Sequence record: MT375042.1
Source: Acinetobacter phage vB_AbaP_Alexa
Direction: 5' to 3' (one strand)
Length of the DNA: 40,237 bases
Under the pieces are notes generated by a model that worked only from the letters and a program-made list of their open reading frames with translations, searched no databases and had not been told where the DNA came from. The translations under genes and the position numbers were made by a program. This document shows positions 35,187 to 40,237 of the stretch, in pieces (the stretch's first letter is position 1; each line of letters begins with the position of its first letter).

Positions 35187-35219
35187 AACCCGCAATGTTG
35201 TGAAACATGGCGGGTTTTG
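35187..35219 (+). terminator. Long hairpin (13-bp stem with one mismatch, GTGA tetraloop) followed by TTTTG
   Basis: AACCCGCAATGTT-GTGA-AACATGGCGGGTT followed by TTTT. Confidence 0.55.
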
Positions 35220-35322
35220 TTATATTGGGTATTCCTATTCTTTATGTAGTTTATCTAACCATAACAAAAGGAAATAACCATGAAAGACTGTTACGGCTTA
35301 GGCTGAATTTAGACCAAAAGAA

Positions 35323-35344
35323 AACCCGCTTAATGCGGGTTTTG
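35323..35344. terminator. Bidirectional terminator (CCCGC-TTAAT-GCGGG with T-runs on both strands)
   Basis: It sits at the point where int-side transcription and the leftward early operon (ending at 35330) converge. Confidence 0.55.
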
Positions 35345-35530
35345 TTCTTCTAGTTCTGATATTGCTATCGCTAGTTCAAATATAAGAAGTACGCCTATAA
35401 TTCCACCAAACACAAACGATTTAACACTAAGTCCGAGAAGTGACACAAATACGATTTGTTGGGAAATATAGAACAAAAAACCAAACCCCAAATACAGCGA
35501 ATTAAAACGAATTACTTTTAATATTTTCAT
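35330..35530 (-). CDS. Small membrane protein (2 predicted TM helices)
   Basis: A 66-aa hydrophobic ORF, the last gene of the leftward operon. Confidence 0.4.
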   Translation of the reverse strand: MKILKVIRFNSLYLGFGFLFYISQQIVFVSLLGLSVKSFVFGGIIGVLLIFELAIAISELEEQNPH

Positions 35531-36228
35531 TACTCATTATCTCCTGAACCGTCTGCATAACCCATTTTCGCGCCGTGTTCCGGGCAGTGCGGGAAGCCTT
35601 TTTCGTCAATCCATTTCTGGGACATGCGAACCAAAAAGCCGCATTCTTCGCAGTCGACCTTTACAAGGCGGGTCGTCTGTTTCTTCGGTTTAGTGGTTAG
35701 GGTTTTTCCGCCGCTGGTGGCAACTTCTTCGCCTAGACCTTCCAGCATTTCGCCAATGGTTTGCGCTTCGCTATCGTCCAGAATGAATTTAGGCATACCG
35801 ACCACTAAGCGCGCGTGCGGCAGTGGTCCGACTTGTTCGATTAGCGGGTCACACCACGCATTAAATTCGTCCGTTGGTACGGATGCAGTAAACGGCTTAC
35901 GCAAACCCATTAACTTGGCAACCTTCACAAAGTCACCTTTATGCCCATGCTCAAAACCGACCGCGGTGTGTATCAATTCATGACACAGGATGCAGGCGGC
36001 CATTTGCGGATTATCTTCTGTAATCGAAATAATGATTTCGTATGTCTTGTCGCGCGATGCATTCGGGGACCAGCATTCGCCATTTGCACGGCTTTTCTGT
36101 CCGTATGATGTAAAACCGAATGTCACGCGATATTTAGGCAACGGGTAGCCGATTTCTTCAAATTTTGGTGCCATTAGTTTGGCTATGTCATTTAGCCATG
36201 TTTCACGATTCATAAAGATATTACTCAA
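35530..36228 (-). CDS. SprT-like zinc metallopeptidase domain protein
   Basis: HELIHTAVGFEHGH is an HExxH motif. A C-terminal Cys ribbon reads CEECGF...CPEHG. It lies adjacent to ssb, as is common in phages. Confidence 0.6.
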   Translation of the reverse strand: MSNIFMNRETWLNDIAKLMAPKFEEIGYPLPKYRVTFGFTSYGQKSRANGECWSPNASRDKTYEIIISITEDNPQMAACILCHELIHTAVGFEHGHKGDFVKVAKLMGLRKPFTASVPTDEFNAWCDPLIEQVGPLPHARLVVGMPKFILDDSEAQTIGEMLEGLGEEVATSGGKTLTTKPKKQTTRLVKVDCEECGFLVRMSQKWIDEKGFPHCPEHGAKMGYADGSGDNE

Positions 36229-36302
36229 CGTTTAAACGGTTCACAAATAATAACGCAAAATAATAGAGCGCATAAAGCGCCCTACTATTGGAATTACCGA
36301 TA

Positions 36303-36767
36303 CTAGAAAGGCAGGTCATCGTCTGGTTCGTCAAAAGTGCGCAGTGGTGCGCCACCGTCCATTTTTGGCGCTGGCTTAGGTTGTCCGTAGCCTTGTTGCT
36401 GCGGCTGGCCTTGTTGCTGGTAATTACTATCGCCTTTGTTATCCAGCAATTGCAGATTATCCGCACGGATTTCCGTTGTGTAGCGTTCTTGGCCGTTCTG
36501 GTCCGTCCATTTACGTGTACGCAATGAACCGTCAATGTAGACCTTTGAACCCTTACGCAAATATTGTTGTGCGATTTCACCAAGGCGGTTGTTCGCTACA
36601 ATGCGATGCCATTCCGTTTGTTCTTTACGTTCCCCGGTGTTCTTGTCCGTCCACGCTTCGCTAGTCGCAATGCTGAACTGGCACATACTGCCACCGTTAG
36701 GAAATGTTTTGCTTTCCGGGTCACGGCCAAGTGTTCCGACTAAAATTACTTTGTTTACGCCACGCAT
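36303..36767 (-). CDS. ssb: Single-stranded DNA-binding protein
   Basis: An OB-fold N-terminus ([18 protein letters not shown]...WHRIV), a Gly/Gln-rich linker and an acidic tail ending DDDLPF. Confidence 0.9.
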   Translation of the reverse strand: MRGVNKVILVGTLGRDPESKTFPNGGSMCQFSIATSEAWTDKNTGERKEQTEWHRIVANNRLGEIAQQYLRKGSKVYIDGSLRTRKWTDQNGQERYTTEIRADNLQLLDNKGDSNYQQQGQPQQQGYGQPKPAPKMDGGAPLRTFDEPDDDLPF

Positions 36768-36770
36768 AAA

Positions 36771-37271
36771 TCAACCTTCTAAGTGTTCAAAAACTTCTTT
36801 TAAATTGGTGCTATTGATAACATAATGGCCGCAACGAGTTACGCGACACAGTCCACCAACAATATTGACCGTAACCATGCCGAAATTTTTAGATTCCCAA
36901 GTGAATTGGCTTACTGTTTCCGCTTGGTGTTTAAATTGTTCAAACGCTTCATGGTGCGCACGCGCTTGGTTTTCATCCGGCTGCGGGTCCGCGTTATCGT
37001 TCGCCGCTTCAAGCGTGATAATGCCACCAGCGATATAACAGATTGCGCCTAGCAGTTCGTGGACCGCTTGTTCTGGTGGCATGTTCTGCGATTCAACGAT
37101 TTTTTTAATCGCTTGGCCATGTGAGAATCCGACGCCGACCATTCGATTGACTTGCTGCATTGGTTGTTCGTGGAACGGCAAATCGTTTGCATGGCGTTCC
37201 TTTCCTTTGCCTTCGCTGGCTTGCTTAAAAGCACGCGCAAGCACGTCGTCTAACTTTTCATACCCTTTCAT
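36771..37271 (-). CDS. Hypothetical protein
   Basis: A 166-aa ORF in the early operon. No domain was confidently recognised. Confidence 0.45.
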   Translation of the reverse strand: MKGYEKLDDVLARAFKQASEGKGKERHANDLPFHEQPMQQVNRMVGVGFSHGQAIKKIVESQNMPPEQAVHELLGAICYIAGGIITLEAANDNADPQPDENQARAHHEAFEQFKHQAETVSQFTWESKNFGMVTVNIVGGLCRVTRCGHYVINSTNLKEVFEHLEG

Positions 37272-37481
37272 TTATCGACCCTCATACGTCTGGTATTGGT
37301 GCGCACAGTGTGAGCTACAGAATAATTTACCTTCCGCCACGTCATCTGCACAAAGCGGGTTGTAACAAGTGCCGTTCGGCTTTAGTCGGGGCGTAGCTTT
37401 GCTACGCTCCAACTGGCTTTCAATTTGTTTTTGCAAGCGTTCTTGCTGAATTTCCGAACTTATATCCGCATCATCCGCCAT
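37272..37481 (-). CDS. Small Cys4 zinc-finger protein (TraR/DksA-like)
   Basis: CYNPLC...CSSHC. The start was taken at the internal Met (MADDADISS) to limit overlap with the upstream gene. Confidence 0.4.
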   Translation of the reverse strand: MADDADISSEIQQERLQKQIESQLERSKATPRLKPNGTCYNPLCADDVAEGKLFCSSHCAHQYQTYEGR

Positions 37482-37683
37482 TCTTGGTGTTCTCGTAATC
37501 AATAATATCCGATTCACGGTAGCGGACCTTCCCGCCGATTTTCGTGTATTTCGGCCCCTTGCCTTTGTTTCGCCAGTTCGCCAGCGTGCCGACTACTACA
37601 GTGCCGCCCCAGCGCTTGACGAGTTCGTCAGGCGTCAAAAAAACTTCCGGTTTATCCGTTTGCTGTGTTGTCATTGCCTTCAC
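37471..37683 (-). CDS. Excisionase-family / AlpA-like HTH DNA-binding protein
   Basis: LTPDELVKRW...VGTLANWRNKGKGPKYTKIGGKVRYRESDI matches the Xis-family winged-HTH pattern. Confidence 0.55.
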   Translation of the reverse strand: MKAMTTQQTDKPEVFLTPDELVKRWGGTVVVGTLANWRNKGKGPKYTKIGGKVRYRESDIIDYENTKNGG

Positions 37684-38647
37684 TCAAAATTTGTTCGTTA
37701 ATATCACTTGCAGCGGTACGCTTGGCGTCGTCGAACGCTTTTGCAGCCGCCTTAATGTCGTACGGGCATTGGTTGCCAAACTTGGCGCGTACAGTGTCAG
37801 GCAATCCGTTCCACGCTTGTTGTAAGCCTTTTAGGCCTTGTTCAGCGTGTGAACGCAGAATGTTGCGCGCCTTTTCAACCTCTTGGTCGACTTGACCAGC
37901 ACCCATAATCCAATTGCGTAATGCGTAACCTTCCTTTGCGCCTAAATATCCAGCGTGGAAGTCTTGGCCGCATGCACCGAAAATTGCTTCGAGTTCCTTT
38001 GGTGCCTTCATAACTTGGCGCTGGCGTCCAGAATCCCACAGCATCATTGATGCCGTCATTTCAAACATGAAATTCTTTTCTTGGACCGGCATAACACCCA
38101 AAGAACGGTATTGCGTCTTGCCTTGCGCGTCCTTGTACATTTCGACTTTTTCACGCGCACGAACGCAAACAATGACATGCATATCGGATTGCAAAAGCGC
38201 GTTCATGAAACGCTTATGTTCAGCCTTCGCCTTATTCCAAGCGCCGACCTTACGCGTGTTTCCAGTCGCCGGGTCAATAGTGGCGATTTCTTCACATCCG
38301 CCGGTGCCTTCCCATTCGTGGGTAATGCTGTCTACGACAAGGACTTCAATGCCAGCCGCTTGGAACTGGTGAATAGCGTCTATGTAGCGCTGCGGACTGA
38401 ATGGCGCGTCTAGGTCGCCTATCCAAAACTCTTGGACTTGTCCGTCCTTGTTCTTGATAGTGTCCGCGTACAATGAACCACGGCGGTTTTCCGTATCGAG
38501 TAGGCCGATTTTTGAAGCATCGCCACCAGTCAAACCGTATGCAATTTGCAGCGCTGTAAATGTCTTGCCACCGCCAGAAATACCAGCCAACGCCAACACA
38601 ATGCGCGCGCCTTCGCGCTTAGCCTTACGAATATTAATAACACTCAT
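37652..38647 (-). CDS. Sak4-like RecA-fold ATPase (phage recombination protein)
   Basis: Walker A motif LAGISGGGKTFTAL and Walker B motif VLVVDSITH. It is paired with a PD-(D/E)XK exonuclease and an SSB. Confidence 0.6.
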   Translation of the reverse strand: MSVINIRKAKREGARIVLALAGISGGGKTFTALQIAYGLTGGDASKIGLLDTENRRGSLYADTIKNKDGQVQEFWIGDLDAPFSPQRYIDAIHQFQAAGIEVLVVDSITHEWEGTGGCEEIATIDPATGNTRKVGAWNKAKAEHKRFMNALLQSDMHVIVCVRAREKVEMYKDAQGKTQYRSLGVMPVQEKNFMFEMTASMMLWDSGRQRQVMKAPKELEAIFGACGQDFHAGYLGAKEGYALRNWIMGAGQVDQEVEKARNILRSHAEQGLKGLQQAWNGLPDTVRAKFGNQCPYDIKAAAKAFDDAKRTAASDINEQILSEGNDNTANG

Positions 38648-38649
38648 AC

Positions 38650-39765
38650 TTAAATAACTTCCGCTTTTTTAAGACCCCATGCAGGGATTGAAATAATTTG
38701 GACCTTGTTGTCGTAACCCGGCCATTTGTCCGTTTCTAAACAAGACGCATATTCGTTTAGCGACTGGCGGTACTCTTTCAGACCAGCCGCGCGGCTTTCA
38801 TCGTCCAGCACGTAAACCGCAACGCCTTTCGACGTTCCATTCACGACGCATGCATCCTTTTCAACCGCTAAAAATACGAACTGCGGTTCGTTGCCGGTGG
38901 CGATTTTGATGCCGTCGCGGTACATCACGTCTTGTACGTGGTAACGCCAGTTATAGATTGATTTTGCAAAGCCTTCCGAGCTTGCGTCGATACACGTTTT
39001 AAGGTCGACCACGATATTGCTTTGTGTCCACCAGTCCGGACGGCAGCGGCATAGAACACCAGTTTTAGGGTCGTTCCAGTAGACGGATTGTTCCGCCTTA
39101 CCGGGTAGCTTCATCAAATAGCTTGCCGCAGGGTGCGCCATGACAGCGTCGCGCATTGCGTGCAGTTGGTCCCATTGGTCCGTCGTTAGGACTGTTTTGC
39201 CTTCAATCTTGGTAGTGTGGTCGGCTTTAATTTCAGACCACAAAGTAAACGAATGATCGTTCGCGCGAAGGATTGCTGCTAGTTCATTCATGCTTCCAGT
39301 CGTGGAAAGCAAGCCAGTGCGACCCTTGTTCATTTCCTCCAAAATGTACTTGAGTTCGTCAGCTTTCGATTTCTCCAAGTCCGCCGGCACGTAATGCGAA
39401 GTGTTATCGCAAATGCGATTGATTAATTCAGGCTTTGACCCAGTCAATGACAGCTTAGGCAAGCGCGTTTCATTCAATACGCGCACCATTTCAACCAGCT
39501 TTTCGCGGTCGTCGATTGCGTCCGGGTATTCATCCTTGCGCAGTTCGGAAACGTATGTCGCTGCAAACACTTCCGGTTCAAGCAACAACGTATGAAACGC
39601 AGTGCCAAACGCTTGCGCTGCGGTCGGTTCGTTGTCGTTGGCAGCATTCACCGCATGGTAATAATGCGCTGGTGATTGAGCGATTAAGTCCAAGCCGCTT
39701 TTAGAAATACCCGGCCCCTTATGGTAATCATGGTTCGTTATATTGTCGTAAATACCCGGTTCCAC
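38650..39765 (-). CDS. PD-(D/E)XK-superfamily exonuclease (DUF3799-like)
   Basis: IVVDLKTC and conserved acidic residues. This is the typical partner of Sak4-like ATPases. Confidence 0.55.
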   Translation of the reverse strand: MEPGIYDNITNHDYHKGPGISKSGLDLIAQSPAHYYHAVNAANDNEPTAAQAFGTAFHTLLLEPEVFAATYVSELRKDEYPDAIDDREKLVEMVRVLNETRLPKLSLTGSKPELINRICDNTSHYVPADLEKSKADELKYILEEMNKGRTGLLSTTGSMNELAAILRANDHSFTLWSEIKADHTTKIEGKTVLTTDQWDQLHAMRDAVMAHPAASYLMKLPGKAEQSVYWNDPKTGVLCRCRPDWWTQSNIVVDLKTCIDASSEGFAKSIYNWRYHVQDVMYRDGIKIATGNEPQFVFLAVEKDACVVNGTSKGVAVYVLDDESRAAGLKEYRQSLNEYASCLETDKWPGYDNKVQIISIPAWGLKKAEVI

Positions 39766-39863
39766 ATTAAACCCCGTTATTGATGATTAAAATAAATTAG
39801 TGAATGCAACTATATCACAGCGATTATTATTTGTGAATACTTGTTATTACCTATTTATACATA

Positions 39864-40220
39864 TTATTGTCGTTTTTTGGTCGCAATAGGGTATGTGTCC
39901 ATTTTGGACAGAAAACTTACGTTCCGTAATACGTTGGACATTTTAAGCTTTGGCATGACTTTATTTGCGCCACTTTCCAGTTTTTCCGTGTATATAAGTT
40001 GCTTTTTGTCGTTCATCTTTAATAATCCTTGGTCCATAAGCGAACTGACACGACGTATAACGGTCGGTCGCGGCATCCCGATATATTCCGCTAACTTTGA
40101 CGGGGTCATGGGCTTGCCTTCATATTCACCAATCCCGGCACCCAACAAAATAATTATGTCGTCAATATTCCGCCCGAACCTGGCATCGTCAAAAGCTGCA
40201 ATGCTTGCCAGTTCCAGCAT
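39864..40220 (-). CDS. Winged-helix HTH transcriptional regulator
   Basis: MTPSKLAEYIGMPRPTVIRRVSSLMDQGLL is an HTH-like segment. It is the first gene of the leftward early region. Confidence 0.45.
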   Translation of the reverse strand: MLELASIAAFDDARFGRNIDDIIILLGAGIGEYEGKPMTPSKLAEYIGMPRPTVIRRVSSLMDQGLLKMNDKKQLIYTEKLESGANKVMPKLKMSNVLRNVSFLSKMDTYPIATKKRQ

Positions 40221-40237
40221 TTTTAATGTTCTGCGCG

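Larger units (their letters stand above)
1..40237. mobile_element. Temperate phage / prophage genome segment in phage-linear order, with a lambda-like head and packaging module and a P2-like myovirus tail
   Basis: Contiguous phage modules run across the whole window: replication, lysis, cos, head, tail, att, int, recombination. Phage genes lie on both sides of the att core. Confidence 0.85.

Noticed and set aside
34800-35330. A retron, group II intron or other reverse-transcriptase-associated ncRNA
   Set aside because: There is no reverse-transcriptase or maturase ORF nearby, and the region is too short. It is kept only as a generic structured-RNA candidate.
39766-39863. A specific operator and promoter assignment in the gap between the exonuclease and the regulator (minus-strand TTGCGA-N17-TATGTA; TCACA-N13-TGTGA dyad)
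   Set aside because: These are plausible but weak, AT-rich matches. They were not called as features without transcription-start data.
1-40237. A Neisseria-type DNA uptake sequence (GCCGTCTGAA) as a clue to the host
   Set aside because: No exact copy was seen on either strand. The nearest is ACCGTCTGACG at about 6488. The host cannot be inferred this way.

Overview
The window looks like a near-complete temperate tailed-phage genome, or a prophage laid out in phage-linear (cos) order. Gene order follows lambda: a replication module (SF2 helicase, VRR-NUC nuclease, PriCT/TOPRIM/VirE-type primase and an iteron origin), then a Mor-like late activator, then holin, GH24 endolysin and Rz with embedded Rz1. 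A cos site follows whose candidate cosN differs from lambda cosN at two of twelve positions. After it come Nu1-like TerS, gpA-like TerL, a gpW-like protein, a gpB-like portal, an HK97-type protease-scaffold-capsid fusion and an FII-like connector. The head module then joins a P2-like contractile tail (V, W, J, I, tailspike, H-like fibre, collar protein, FI sheath, FII tube, E/E' with -1 frameshift, T, U, X, D). Downstream lie an accessory island of orphan ORFs, an attP-like core (3' half of a tRNA) with candidate arm sites, a P4-type tyrosine integrase, and a structured non-coding region. A leftward early operon (small membrane protein, SprT-like, SSB, zinc finger, Xis-like, Sak4-like ATPase, PD-(D/E)XK exonuclease, HTH regulator) closes the window. 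No rRNA, complete tRNA or CRISPR array was seen. The most novel candidates are the orphan accessory island at 30.2-32.8 kb, the structured non-coding region next to int, the primase-C-terminal-like paralog beside the integrase, and an 18-mer present three times. All calls rest on reading the sequence by eye and on recalled family motifs; no database searches were run.
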